The notes under the pieces were generated by a model. That model searched no databases, was not told the DNA's origin, and saw only the letters and a program-made list of their open reading frames with translations. Source: Candidatus Omnitrophota bacterium (GTDB lineage: Bacteria > Omnitrophota > Gorgyraeia > S143-82). From it: a DNA stretch of 64,000 nt. The stretch covers positions 244,477 to 308,476 of the forward strand of contig WGBD01000001.1 of assembly GCA_015494465.1 (NCBI GenBank). Direction: 5' to 3'. Shown one piece after another: positions 1-8,878 of this stretch. The translations under genes were made by a program, and so were the position numbers. How positions within the stretch are numbered: the first letter of the stretch is position 1; each line of letters opens with the position of its first letter.

Positions 1-592
1 TGATAGTCTTAACCGCCTTTAGAAACTCTTCCATGGTCTGGGGAGGCTTCTCCGGATCCAAGCCAGCTTGTTTGAGGATGTCTTTGTTATAGACGAACTG
101 GATGGTGACCATGTCCAAAGGTACGCCGTATATCCCCGGCTTTATCCCGTACTCGTTGTCCTTGGAGAAAGAGACCGTCTTTATCGCATCCGGATAAAAC
201 CTGTGTAGCCATTCACCATCGTTTTGCTCGAAGTAAGGTGTTAGGTCCTTCACATAGCCCACCTTGATGAAGTTGGCAAAGTCCTTTTTGTCTCCCAAGA
301 CCCCAAATATGTCCGGAAGGACATTCGTTTGGGCCGAGGCGATTACCTTCTGTTTGTAGGTCTCGGTGGGCCCGAATACATCTACCTTCACCTTTATCCC
401 TGTCTCCTTAGTGAACTGCTCCGCTAGGGACTCCAAAAGATCTTCCTTATCCGAGAGCCAGTGCCACATGGTGACCACTTCGTCTTGAGGAGCCGTCTGG
501 GAAGAAGAGACTCTAGAACATCCGGAAACGAAGAAGGCCAACAAAGGGAAGAGACACATCAAGACCACACCGCGTACAAAACCCCTCTTCAT
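1..592 (-). CDS. ABC transporter substrate-binding lipoprotein (family-1 solute-binding protein); the 3' end lies outside the window
   Basis: Continuous reverse-strand reading frame that runs off the window start. The ATG is at 590-592 and is preceded by AAGGAGAGG. The N-terminus MKRGFVRGVVLMCLFPLLAFFVSGCSR is a lipoprotein signal with a VSGC lipobox. The body (WHWLSDKEDLLESLAEQFTKETGIKVKVDVF..., GYVKDLTPYFE...) looks like a sugar-type solute-binding protein. Confidence 0.55.
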   Translation of the reverse strand, partial: MKRGFVRGVVLMCLFPLLAFFVSGCSRVSSSQTAPQDEVVTMWHWLSDKEDLLESLAEQFTKETGIKVKVDVFGPTETYKQKVIASAQTNVLPDIFGVLGDKKDFANFIKVGYVKDLTPYFEQNDGEWLHRFYPDAIKTVSFSKDNEYGIKPGIYGVPLDMVTIQFVYNKDILKQAGLDPEKPPQTMEEFLKAVKTI

Positions 593-641
593 AGACCTCT
601 CCTTTGCTTGAGATTGCGATGTCCAACTATATAGTGAAACT

Positions 642-671
642 ACTTTACCACAGGTACGATTGGCGTGTCAA
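642..671 (-). promoter_or_regulatory. sigma70-type promoter for the substrate-binding-protein gene
   Basis: On the minus strand there is TTGACA (complement of 666-671), an 18-nt spacer, then TAAAGT (complement of 642-647). This sits about 45 nt upstream of the ATG and its SD AAGGAGAGG, in the motA-SBP intergenic gap. Confidence 0.45.
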
Positions 672-687
672 TTCAGGCAAGCAGGCC

Positions 688-1449
688 CTATTCGTTAGAC
701 ACCTCCGCCCTTTCCTTCGGTGGAAGGAAGGTCTTCAGTTTTTCCTCAATCACGCGGGGATTATCACCGGATTGGATGGCCAGTATTCCGGTCATGATTA
801 TATCCATCTGGAGTCTTTCCTCCTGGGCCCTATACTTCAACTTGGCAGAGATCGGGAGGAAGATGAGGTTCGCTAAGACTGCACCGTAAAAGGTAGTAAT
901 CAAGGCCACCGCCATACTCGCACCTATACTGGAAGGATCCTGCAGGTTCCTGAGCATCTGGACCAGACCTATCAAGGTCCCTATCATACCAAAGGCAGGT
1001 GCGTAGTTGGCCATAGTGGAGAAGATTCCTGCGCCTATCTGGTGGCGCTCTTCCATCTTCTCTATCTCGGTGGTAAGCACCGCCTCTATCACCTCAGGCG
1101 GATTCCCGTCTATTGCCAATTGGAGGCCCTTCCTAAAGAAGGGGTCTTCTATGCTCTGGGATGCCTCTTCCAAGGCCAGTATCCCGTCTCTCCTGGCCCG
1201 GGTAGCGAAGTCGATAAGGGTCTTTATCACCTCGGTGTTCTTGGGCAGGTTGAAGAACATCGTCTTCATCAGGACATTGGAGATACCCAAGACCCTGTCC
1301 AGAGGATAGCTTATCAGGGTGGCAGCGATGGTTCCTCCCACGACGATGAGCATAGAAGGGACATCTATAAAGGCGGGGATAGACGAGCCCATCGCCGCCA
1401 GTATCAGGATAAATCCCAACGCCAAACCCGCTGGCGTAGTTATGTCCAT
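688..1449 (-). CDS. motA: flagellar motor stator protein MotA
   Basis: The 253-aa protein has the MotA/TolQ/ExbB proton-channel topology. Its C-terminal GMIGTLIGLVQMLRNL..GASMAVALITTFYGAVLANLIFLPI motif is MotA-like. It lies directly downstream of flbD-flgE, as in Firmicutes-type operons. Confidence 0.85.
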   Translation of the reverse strand: MDITTPAGLALGFILILAAMGSSIPAFIDVPSMLIVVGGTIAATLISYPLDRVLGISNVLMKTMFFNLPKNTEVIKTLIDFATRARRDGILALEEASQSIEDPFFRKGLQLAIDGNPPEVIEAVLTTEIEKMEERHQIGAGIFSTMANYAPAFGMIGTLIGLVQMLRNLQDPSSIGASMAVALITTFYGAVLANLIFLPISAKLKYRAQEERLQMDIIMTGILAIQSGDNPRVIEEKLKTFLPPKERAEVSNE

Positions 1450-1460
1450 CTATCCCCCCT

Positions 1461-1658
1461 TCAGCCCTGCCAATAGAATCCGGTGGTCAAGCGTTTATAG
1501 GTTAACACCTTCTCGACCACCTCTTCAACGCTTTCCTTCACCATCAACTTCTCGCCGTTGATGAAGGTAATTATGGTGTCCGGAGAGGCGGTGACCATCT
1601 TTATGTAGTCCGCATTGACCACCACCTTCTTACCGTTCAACAGCGTCAAGGTTATCAT
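1461..1658 (-). CDS. flbD: flagellar protein FlbD
   Basis: 65 aa. MITLTLLNGKKVVVNADYIKMV..TIITFINGEKLMVKES matches the FlbD family. It sits between flgE and motA. Confidence 0.7.
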   Translation of the reverse strand: MITLTLLNGKKVVVNADYIKMVTASPDTIITFINGEKLMVKESVEEVVEKVLTYKRLTTGFYWQG

Positions 1659-1672
1659 CTAATATTCAACCA

Positions 1673-3697
1673 CTATCTCTTCAGGTTTACCAGTTCCTGA
1701 AGCAACTCGTCTGAAGTGGTGATGATCCTGGAACTGGCCTGGAAGCCCCTCTGGGTGATTATCATGTCGGTGAATTCCCTTGCTAGGTCCACATTGGACA
1801 TCTCCAGAACGCCGTTGTTTATCGTTCCCCTTCCACCGGTGCCCGGCTCGCCTACCTGGGCAACACCCGAGGTCATAGACTGCTTGTAAAGGTTTTCGCC
1901 TTCCTTCAGCAGACCACCGGGGTTGCTGAAGGTGGCCAAGGCAATCTTACCCAGAAGATCGGTCAATCCGTTGGAGTATATACCGGTAATGTCCCCGGAT
2001 GCACCTATGGAGAACTTCTCCAGTATCCCCATGGGATAACCGTCCTGCTGTCTGAGGCTTATTGCGGAATCGCCCGAGAACTGGGTGAACATCGTCATGT
2101 CGGGGTTTATCATCAATGGGCTGTTGGCACCGTTGTCGAGGTCTATAGACAAGACACCAGTAGAGGTGTTGTAGGAACCGTTGGTAAGGAAGGAGATCGT
2201 CTGCATACCGTTGGAGATGTTCCTTCCTCCTAAACTGTCGTCCGCGCAATCCGCGTTCCACTTCCAGGTGTTGGGGGCAATCCGGGTGAATATCATCGTC
2301 ACCCGGTGCTCCACACCCAAGGAATCGTAGACCGTCATAGACAATGTTGCGCTCTCTCCGGTCGCGTGTTGAATAGTGCTGTAATTATTCACTGCATTGA
2401 AGTAACTGCGCTGAACGGTACCGGAGGCATTGGTAGCGGTAATGCTTATGTTGGAGAACTCGTTGCCCGAACCGATGTCTCCCGCAATCACCATCCTCCC
2501 GAGGCTATCTATACTCACACCCGGTGCGTCCGAGGTGATACCGAAGACATCCTCTATGTACTCCGCCAACTCCCCTAATGTATTAAAGTTAACGCCGACC
2601 ACCCCCGACAAGGTAGAAAGGGCTATGCCTCCCTTAAAGGCACCGATGTAGACCACATCTCCCGAGGTCAAGCCCAACGAATTCCCCTGGGCAGTCGTGA
2701 GGATAGACAGACTGTCGTTGGCGGTGGCTGCCCGTTCCATAGAGGCGCTGGTGTCACTTCCACCTCCCGAGGCAATAGTAGAGGATATGTCGTCGAAGAC
2801 ATTGTTAAACACCGTGTTCCCTGAAACCGTGATACTGAGGCTGTTAATGGTAGTGGCGCTGTTGTTGGTGATCCTGACCTGTCCGGTAGAGGTCACATCT
2901 ACAGTGACCGAGGCGCCCAACTGGGAACTCAACCAACCAGTGAGATCGCCAAGCGTGGCGTCTGCGCTCACGGTATAATTTGCATCGTGACCCACACCGT
3001 CGTTCCAGTGCAGGTGGATCACATCACCGCTGGCCAGATTCAAGGGATTGGCGGTAGGCTGATCGTCGAACAACCCGCTCAAGAGGGATGTGGCATCCGC
3101 ATATCCTGCCAGATAATAATCCGAGCGGGAGATGCTTCCTTGGGTCCCGATCTCGGCATCCGCGTTGAGGTTGCCGACTAGATAGACATTTGAGGTGGCC
3201 TGGGCCACCATCCTACTACCTATGGGGATAACTATGTCTCCCACCGGACCGCTTGTGTCCACGGTTCCATTGACTGCCTGCCACCCTTGGACCCTATAAC
3301 CATTGGAAGGGTTTATCAACACACCATTAGCGTTGATGTCAAACGACCCATCACGGGAGAAGGCAATCGTGGAACCGTTATTCAAGACGAAGAAGCCATT
3401 TCCTTGTATCGCCATGTCCGTGGGCTTACCGGTGGCCTGGAGGTTTCCTTGACTGTGGATGGTATCTATCCCCGCCACCAAGACACCCAAGCCTACCTGG
3501 GCCGGGTTGACACCACCGGTACCGGTAGCAGTTGGGGCGGTACCACCCCTTACCGTCTGGTTCAACATGTCCTTGAATGTGACCCGGCTGAACTTGAACC
3601 CGGTGGTGTTTACATTGGCGAGGTTGTTACCTATGACGTCCATCCTCGTCTGGTGGGCCCTTATACCCGAAACACCGGCAAACATCGATCGCATCAT
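1673..3697 (-). CDS. flgE: flagellar hook protein FlgE (long form)
   Basis: 674 aa. It has the N-terminal Flg rod/hook motif (SMFAGVSGIRAHQTRMDVIGNNLANVNTTGFK) and the C-terminal conserved ITQRGFQASSRIITTSDELLQELVNL. It follows flgD. Confidence 0.9.
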   Translation of the reverse strand: MMRSMFAGVSGIRAHQTRMDVIGNNLANVNTTGFKFSRVTFKDMLNQTVRGGTAPTATGTGGVNPAQVGLGVLVAGIDTIHSQGNLQATGKPTDMAIQGNGFFVLNNGSTIAFSRDGSFDINANGVLINPSNGYRVQGWQAVNGTVDTSGPVGDIVIPIGSRMVAQATSNVYLVGNLNADAEIGTQGSISRSDYYLAGYADATSLLSGLFDDQPTANPLNLASGDVIHLHWNDGVGHDANYTVSADATLGDLTGWLSSQLGASVTVDVTSTGQVRITNNSATTINSLSITVSGNTVFNNVFDDISSTIASGGGSDTSASMERAATANDSLSILTTAQGNSLGLTSGDVVYIGAFKGGIALSTLSGVVGVNFNTLGELAEYIEDVFGITSDAPGVSIDSLGRMVIAGDIGSGNEFSNISITATNASGTVQRSYFNAVNNYSTIQHATGESATLSMTVYDSLGVEHRVTMIFTRIAPNTWKWNADCADDSLGGRNISNGMQTISFLTNGSYNTSTGVLSIDLDNGANSPLMINPDMTMFTQFSGDSAISLRQQDGYPMGILEKFSIGASGDITGIYSNGLTDLLGKIALATFSNPGGLLKEGENLYKQSMTSGVAQVGEPGTGGRGTINNGVLEMSNVDLAREFTDMIITQRGFQASSRIITTSDELLQELVNLKR

Positions 3698-3704
3698 AGC
3701 GCAT

Positions 3705-3735
3705 CCCCCCTCGCAGATTACTGCGAGTAAAGGGC
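3705..3735 (-). promoter_or_regulatory. Intercistronic stem-loop that overlaps the flgE ribosome-binding site
   Basis: Perfect inverted repeat CTCGCAG-ATTA-CTGCGAG at 3710-3727. In the mRNA it reads CUCGCAGUAAUCUGCGAG-GGGGGAU-GCGCU-AUG, so the 3' arm runs straight into the GAGGGGGG Shine-Dalgarno of flgE. Confidence 0.3.
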
Positions 3736-3766
3736 CTCCTCGGAGAGGGCCAGCCCTTTACTCAGA

Positions 3767-4159
3767 TCACTCCACTATCATCACCCCGTCTATATTGGTA
3801 AACACATCCTCCTTTAACCGACCCTTATCTATACAGGTAATCACCGTCCTGTCCTTCACATTCACCAGCAGTCCCACCTCCTTGTACAACAGAAGGGCCT
3901 CTTTGGAACCCTTTCTCTGCATCTTGTCCACCGCATCGGATATCTTGTTTAGATCCACCCTGTCGAAGTGTATTCCTCTCTGGGATGCCCGCTTGAGTGC
4001 ATGGCGGGAAAACTTTATCCTCTCCTGAGAGAGGACCTCCTCCAGCACATTCCTAAAATCTTGGGTAGGAGGTTTAAGCGAGGAGTGCCTCTTTATCTCC
4101 TGCCCCCGGCTTACTCCTTCCAGATTATTTGGGTTGTATATAGGAAACATCGGTCCCAT
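3767..4159 (-). CDS. flagellar operon protein (small protein found between flgD and flgE in Firmicutes/Thermotogae-type loci)
   Basis: 130 aa with no recognisable enzymatic motif. The call rests on its conserved position between flgD and flgE and on its size. Confidence 0.5.
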   Translation of the reverse strand: MGPMFPIYNPNNLEGVSRGQEIKRHSSLKPPTQDFRNVLEEVLSQERIKFSRHALKRASQRGIHFDRVDLNKISDAVDKMQRKGSKEALLLYKEVGLLVNVKDRTVITCIDKGRLKEDVFTNIDGVMIVE

Positions 4160-4160
4160 C

Positions 4161-4568
4161 TTATCCCCGCACCTCTTTTATAGTGGAGACCGCAACCGAT
4201 ACCCCCTGATCCAGATTGACCGTCACCTTGCCGTCCTCTATTCCTGCAGACACCACCAGCCCCTCCACATCCTCCCCGTCGGGGCCAACGCCCACGATCT
4301 CCTTGCCGATAAGGGAAACCGCATAGGTCCAGTTGGAGACCCGGGCCAGGGTGCCAAATCCGTGGGCTATGTTCTCCATCGCCTCCAAAGAAGAGAACTG
4401 GGCCAATTGGGCTATGAACTCCTTGTTCTCCAACGGCGCCATCGGATCCTGATAGGTAAGTTCAGTAACCAAGAGCCTGAGGAAGGCAGTCCTATCCAGC
4501 CCCGAGGACTTCATGATCTGGCTGGCATTGAGAGACCCGTCTGAACTGACTGCTGAAACGCCTGCCAT
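4161..4568 (-). CDS. flgD: flagellar hook assembly/capping protein FlgD
   Basis: 135 aa. QIMKSSGLDRTAFLRLLVTELTYQDPMAPLENKEFIAQLAQFSSLE is the FlgD N-terminal signature. It lies between fliK and flgE. Confidence 0.8.
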   Translation of the reverse strand: MAGVSAVSSDGSLNASQIMKSSGLDRTAFLRLLVTELTYQDPMAPLENKEFIAQLAQFSSLEAMENIAHGFGTLARVSNWTYAVSLIGKEIVGVGPDGEDVEGLVVSAGIEDGKVTVNLDQGVSVAVSTIKEVRG

Positions 4569-4577
4569 AATCCCTCC

Positions 4578-6269
4578 CTACACTACCACATCTATTGCCT
4601 CTTGAAATATCCCCCTAAAGGAAGGACCGTCCTTTAAATCTTCTCCATCCTTCCCGTGTCGTCCGGGAAAACCTTCCCTGTGTTGAGGATTGCCCCCTCC
4701 CTGCCAGAGATCCTCCTGAGCATTCCTCGATCCTTCCATAGGGGGAAGGAGTTCTATCTTCACCTCCCCAAAACTGAGGTGATGAGAGAGGTGCTGGTGG
4801 ATAGCCTCCACATGTTCCTTCAATAGGTGGTGGGCAGAGACTTCTTCGGGAAGGATCTTTACCAACAGGTCCCCGCCCTTCATCTGGAGGTCTATCCTCA
4901 AGGAGCCCAACTCCGGTGGAAACAGCCGCAGTCTCACCCCTCCGGGTATCCTGCGCATAGAGATCAACTGATTTACCGCGGTTATCACTGCCTGCCGGGC
5001 CCTCTCCCCGGCGACCTTGTGGGTGGAATCCTCAACCCCTGAGATGATTTGAATATCTGCTCGGAGACCTCCACCCGGACCCGTTGAGACCTCTGCTTTG
5101 GTCAGGGCAGAGACATTCCCATCCAACCAACCCTTTCCCCGTTTAGGCGCCGAGGGCTCCTTTCCCTTCTCCAACCGCAGTGCCATCACGATCTTAGTTT
5201 CGTTTAGATCCCGGAGGGAATGCCCTTCCTCTATTGGGAAACGATCCAATCCCTGATCTTCTCCTTTCGACCCGGAGTGGACAGAGACCTTTTTATCCGG
5301 AACCTCCTTCACCAATACACCGACCCCCTCTTGGAACCCCTCTTTTCCCCGATGGTGTGAGAGACTCTTCCCTTCCATTTCTTCCGAATAGGGGATCCTG
5401 CTCATCCGTACCGGGTGCCGATCCTCACCTCCAAGAGGAGGAATCCCTTCCCTCTTGGCACCCCTGCCAATGTTTAGGAGATTGCTTCCCTTTTCTGTCC
5501 TTATATTCACCTTCGCCTCATCCATCCCCTTCGCTCTTCCCTCAGAATCCGTTGCCAGACCTCTCACCTTCTCCCTCAGCTCCTGGATCACCTCCTCTGC
5601 CTTCTCCTTGGACAGCCCGGCGCTAACGAGGCCCTGAAGCAAGTCCTTCTCATCCTCACCACCAGATCCTCTTACCACATCCCCCAAGGCCTGCAGGAGT
5701 TCTTCGGGGCGCAGGCCCATAGAGCGCGAGAGCATGGCAACATCTCGACGGAGATTGGAAATCCCTTCCTCATCCAATAATCCATCTTCCCCTGTCAAAA
5801 GACCATCCCCACCTTCCTCCACTCGAGGCAATACCTCCCTTAACCAAACCAAGAGGTCCAAAATACTGGCGGAGAAGCCCCCACCCTCTGTCGCGTTCCC
5901 ATCAAGATCCTCCTTTGCAGGTCTGCCCTCTGAGGTAACGACCTGTCCACTCAAGGGCAATCCATCCTGAGGCACCATCTCAGGCTTCAAGTCCTCCGAC
6001 AAGGCCTGCAGAAGTTCCATAAAGTCCCCGGGGCCCTGAGTTTCTCCCTTGCCCGCCACCTTTCCCAGAGGCAGGCCTGCCGCTTCACTACCGCTCGACA
6101 CCTGTATCAATATGTTCCCTATCACTACCTTAACCTCGGTATTATCAATATCTGTCCCGGATATATCGTGTGGGGGTCGTCTATCACATCCCGATTGGCG
6201 GTGTATATCGTCTCCCACTTGCTGGGATCTCCGTAGACCTCGTCCTTGCCGGATATCTTCCACAGACAA
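4578..6269 (-). CDS. fliK: flagellar hook-length control protein FliK; the start is uncertain (possibly the internal ATG at 6018-6020)
   Basis: Low-complexity E/G/K-rich N-terminal region plus a C-terminal Flg_hook domain (RIPGGVRLRLFPPELGSLRIDLQMKGGDLLVKI). The first 49 codons overlap the upstream LysM gene. MELLQALSED.. with a GGGGA SD is an alternative start. Confidence 0.7.
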   Translation of the reverse strand: MSVEDIRQGRGLRRSQQVGDDIHRQSGCDRRPPHDISGTDIDNTEVKVVIGNILIQVSSGSEAAGLPLGKVAGKGETQGPGDFMELLQALSEDLKPEMVPQDGLPLSGQVVTSEGRPAKEDLDGNATEGGGFSASILDLLVWLREVLPRVEEGGDGLLTGEDGLLDEEGISNLRRDVAMLSRSMGLRPEELLQALGDVVRGSGGEDEKDLLQGLVSAGLSKEKAEEVIQELREKVRGLATDSEGRAKGMDEAKVNIRTEKGSNLLNIGRGAKREGIPPLGGEDRHPVRMSRIPYSEEMEGKSLSHHRGKEGFQEGVGVLVKEVPDKKVSVHSGSKGEDQGLDRFPIEEGHSLRDLNETKIVMALRLEKGKEPSAPKRGKGWLDGNVSALTKAEVSTGPGGGLRADIQIISGVEDSTHKVAGERARQAVITAVNQLISMRRIPGGVRLRLFPPELGSLRIDLQMKGGDLLVKILPEEVSAHHLLKEHVEAIHQHLSHHLSFGEVKIELLPPMEGSRNAQEDLWQGGGNPQHREGFPGRHGKDGEDLKDGPSFRGIFQEAIDVVV

Positions 6270-6592
6270 TCACCCTCCTTCACCACATAGATGTCAAAGT
6301 CCCTGCGGAAGTAGAGCCTGTGCCTCATCTTCTCCATCGTGGCTATCTTCGTCTCCAACACCGCCAACTCCAACCGCCTCTTGTTTATGGTCTCCTCCAG
6401 TTTCTTAAGTTCCTTTTCCTTCTTCTCTATGTCCATCTTCAACAGGTGCAACTTCTCGAGGTACGGTTCCAACCGTTCCTTTGCCGGACCGGTGTAGATG
6501 TATCCACCGCTCCGCCTCTCTGCGGAGTTCCCCACCTCATTAACTGCAACAACTATGCCAAACACCACCAGCGCCAAGACAAATCCCCTCAT
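6125..6592 (-). CDS. membrane-anchored coiled-coil protein with a C-terminal LysM (peptidoglycan-binding) domain
   Basis: The signal/anchor MRGFVLALVVFGIVVAV is followed by a KKEKELKKLEETINKRRLELAVLETK coiled coil. The C-terminal YVVKEGDCLWKISGKDEVYGDPSKWETIYTANRDVIDDPHTIYPGQILIIP is a LysM fold. Confidence 0.55.
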   Translation of the reverse strand: MRGFVLALVVFGIVVAVNEVGNSAERRSGGYIYTGPAKERLEPYLEKLHLLKMDIEKKEKELKKLEETINKRRLELAVLETKIATMEKMRHRLYFRRDFDIYVVKEGDCLWKISGKDEVYGDPSKWETIYTANRDVIDDPHTIYPGQILIIPRLR

Positions 6593-7155
6593 TTTACCTT
6601 GCCCTCCTTGAGCAATCTGGTTATCTCTATCGCCTTATCCGCCGGCAAGGCAGACATTACCTTGCTTGCCTGCCGATTGCCCATGCGGGAGATAATCTGG
6701 GCCACCGTAGCGCTATCCATCTCCTTGAATATGCGGGCCACCGCCTCAGGCTTCATCCCACCGTACAACTTGGCAAGATAGCGCAGGCGCTCCTCTTCGC
6801 TCTGTTCGGGGGTACTACCCTTTTCCTCCTCCTTGCCCTCTTGGGGTCCCAGTTTACCCAAGACCTCGTTCATCTGCCTGAGGAAGGCCTCCTTCTCCTT
6901 GTTGAGACTCTCCTGCTGTATCTTCAGACGCTCTTCCAGTTCCTTCAACTCCCTCTCCTTGGCCATTAATTCCTTCTGCATACGCTGGATATCCTCGGGA
7001 ACCACCTGAGGGGCGGAGGAACCTTCGGGATTTATCACTATCTTACCCGTCTTTATCCCGTAGGCTATCACCGCCACCAGGCCCAATACCACGATAAGGA
7101 GTATCACCACCAGTATCGTCTGGCCCTTAGTACTTCCGGTAGCGCTGTAACGCAT
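6589..7155 (-). CDS. MgtE-N-like flagellar protein (YlxF/MotE-like)
   Basis: 188 aa with an N-terminal TM segment and a coiled coil. The C-terminal EAVARIFKEMDSATVAQIISRMGNRQASKVMSALPADKAIEITRLL is MgtE_N-like. The position between fliJ and fliK matches Bacillus ylxF. Confidence 0.55.
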   Translation of the reverse strand: MRYSATGSTKGQTILVVILLIVVLGLVAVIAYGIKTGKIVINPEGSSAPQVVPEDIQRMQKELMAKERELKELEERLKIQQESLNKEKEAFLRQMNEVLGKLGPQEGKEEEKGSTPEQSEEERLRYLAKLYGGMKPEAVARIFKEMDSATVAQIISRMGNRQASKVMSALPADKAIEITRLLKEGKVK

Positions 7156-7564
7156 TTTCCTCCAACTCCTTTCGTTCCAGAGCCACCTCCCGGGAAAGCA
7201 GTTCCAATCTTGCCTTGCTCTCCAACTTCTCGCTGATGTCCTTCTCCACCTTCCTCTCCAGCATCTCTTTTCTGGCCAACTCTATCCGCTCCAACAGACC
7301 CTCCCTCTCCCGATGGAGACGGGATAAGACATCTTCCACATAGACCAGATAACCGTAGGCAAACCGAAGATCATCCCCGTCGTACTCCGGGGCGAGTTTT
7401 ATCTGGCGTATCTTCCCTATCACCTCAGCCCGAACGCGGAGATAGGCCTCTATCTCCCCTTCAAGTCGGCCGAGTTCGTTAAGCAGACCCGCATAGACCA
7501 TCTGGGCCTGCTCCAGTTCGAACTCCCTCAACCTCTTTATGCGCCTTATCCGTTCCAGATTCAC
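7127..7564 (-). CDS. fliJ: flagellar export chaperone FliJ
   Basis: 145-aa all-coiled-coil protein immediately downstream of fliI. Confidence 0.65.
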   Translation of the reverse strand: MNLERIRRIKRLREFELEQAQMVYAGLLNELGRLEGEIEAYLRVRAEVIGKIRQIKLAPEYDGDDLRFAYGYLVYVEDVLSRLHREREGLLERIELARKEMLERKVEKDISEKLESKARLELLSREVALERKELEENALQRYRKY

Positions 7565-8868
7565 AGATTACCTACCAAATCCTGCATAAGGGCAAGGGTC
7601 TGGGAAAACTCCACCCGCTCCTCAACCGCCTGTCTGAGGAACTCGTTTATGCGGTCTATCATGTCTATCGCCTGATCTATCTTGGGAGAACTGCCCCGCT
7701 TGTAGGCCCCTATGTTTATAAGATCTTCCGCAGACCGGTAAACCGCCAGTATCTCCCGCATGCGCTGGGCCAGACGCTGGTGTTCGGGGCTGGTCACCTC
7801 CATCATAAGCCTGCTCACGCTATAAAGGACATCCACTGCAGGATAGTGACCCCTCGAGGCCAGATCCCGGGACAGGACTATGTGCCCGTCCAATATAGAC
7901 CTCACCGCATCCGCGATGGGGTCGTTCATGTCGTCGGACTCCACCAATACGGTGTAGAAGGCGGTGATGCTCCCCACCTCGTCCGTCCCTGCCCGTTCCA
8001 ACAGCTTTGGCAGGAGGGCAAACACCGAAGGGGTATATCCGCGGGTCGTAGGGGGCTCCCCTACCGCCAGACCGACCTCCCTCTGGGCCATGGCCAGACG
8101 GGTAATAGAATCAAGGAGCAGGACCACATCCTTGCCCAAGGAGCGAAAGTACTCCGCTATCGCTGAGGCCACGAAGGCTGCGTTTATCCGCACCAGTGCG
8201 GGTTCGTCGCTGGTCGCCACCACCAATACGCTGCGCTCCATCCCCGACCTGCCCAGATCCCGCTCGATAAACTCCTTTACCTCCCTGCCCCTCTCACCTA
8301 TCAGGGCAATCACATTCACCTCTCCCAGACCGTGGCGGGCAATCATACCCAAAAAGGTGCTCTTCCCCACCCCGCTCCCCGAGAATATCCCCATCCTCTG
8401 CCCCTTACCGCAGGTAATCAGCCCGTCCACCGCCTTTATCCCGGTAGGGAAACACTCCTTTATCCGCTTGCGCTTGAGGGGATTGGGAGCGCGGTTAAAC
8501 ACCGGATACTTAGTGGTTCCGGTCAGTGGTCCCTTCTCGTCTATCGGCCTGCCCAACCCATCCAGGACCCTGCCGAGGAGACCCATCCCCACATCCACAT
8601 ACAGTTCCTCCCTACCCAACACCACCTCGTCCCCGGGCTTTATCCCCCTCACCTCCCCCAAGGGCATCAAGAGGAGCCTGTCCCCTCTAAAGCCCACCAC
8701 CTCTGCAGTGATGTCTGCCTCGCTGGTGATTATCGTGCAGAAGTCCCCTATCCGGGCGGGTGGGCTAACCGCCTCTACCACCAGACCGGTTATCCTGTCC
8801 ACATAACCGCAGAAGCGAAGCGGATCCACATCTCTTACCTTCTCAAGATAGGAGTCAAGGACAGACAT
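7561..8868 (-). CDS. fliI: flagellum-specific ATP synthase FliI
   Basis: 435 aa. It has a Walker A GSGVGKST and an F1/T3SS-ATPase core (VLLLDSITRLAMAQREV, GSITAFYTVLVESDD). Confidence 0.92.
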   Translation of the reverse strand: MSVLDSYLEKVRDVDPLRFCGYVDRITGLVVEAVSPPARIGDFCTIITSEADITAEVVGFRGDRLLLMPLGEVRGIKPGDEVVLGREELYVDVGMGLLGRVLDGLGRPIDEKGPLTGTTKYPVFNRAPNPLKRKRIKECFPTGIKAVDGLITCGKGQRMGIFSGSGVGKSTFLGMIARHGLGEVNVIALIGERGREVKEFIERDLGRSGMERSVLVVATSDEPALVRINAAFVASAIAEYFRSLGKDVVLLLDSITRLAMAQREVGLAVGEPPTTRGYTPSVFALLPKLLERAGTDEVGSITAFYTVLVESDDMNDPIADAVRSILDGHIVLSRDLASRGHYPAVDVLYSVSRLMMEVTSPEHQRLAQRMREILAVYRSAEDLINIGAYKRGSSPKIDQAIDMIDRINEFLRQAVEERVEFSQTLALMQDLVGNL

Positions 8869-8878
8869 ATCCCCCCTC

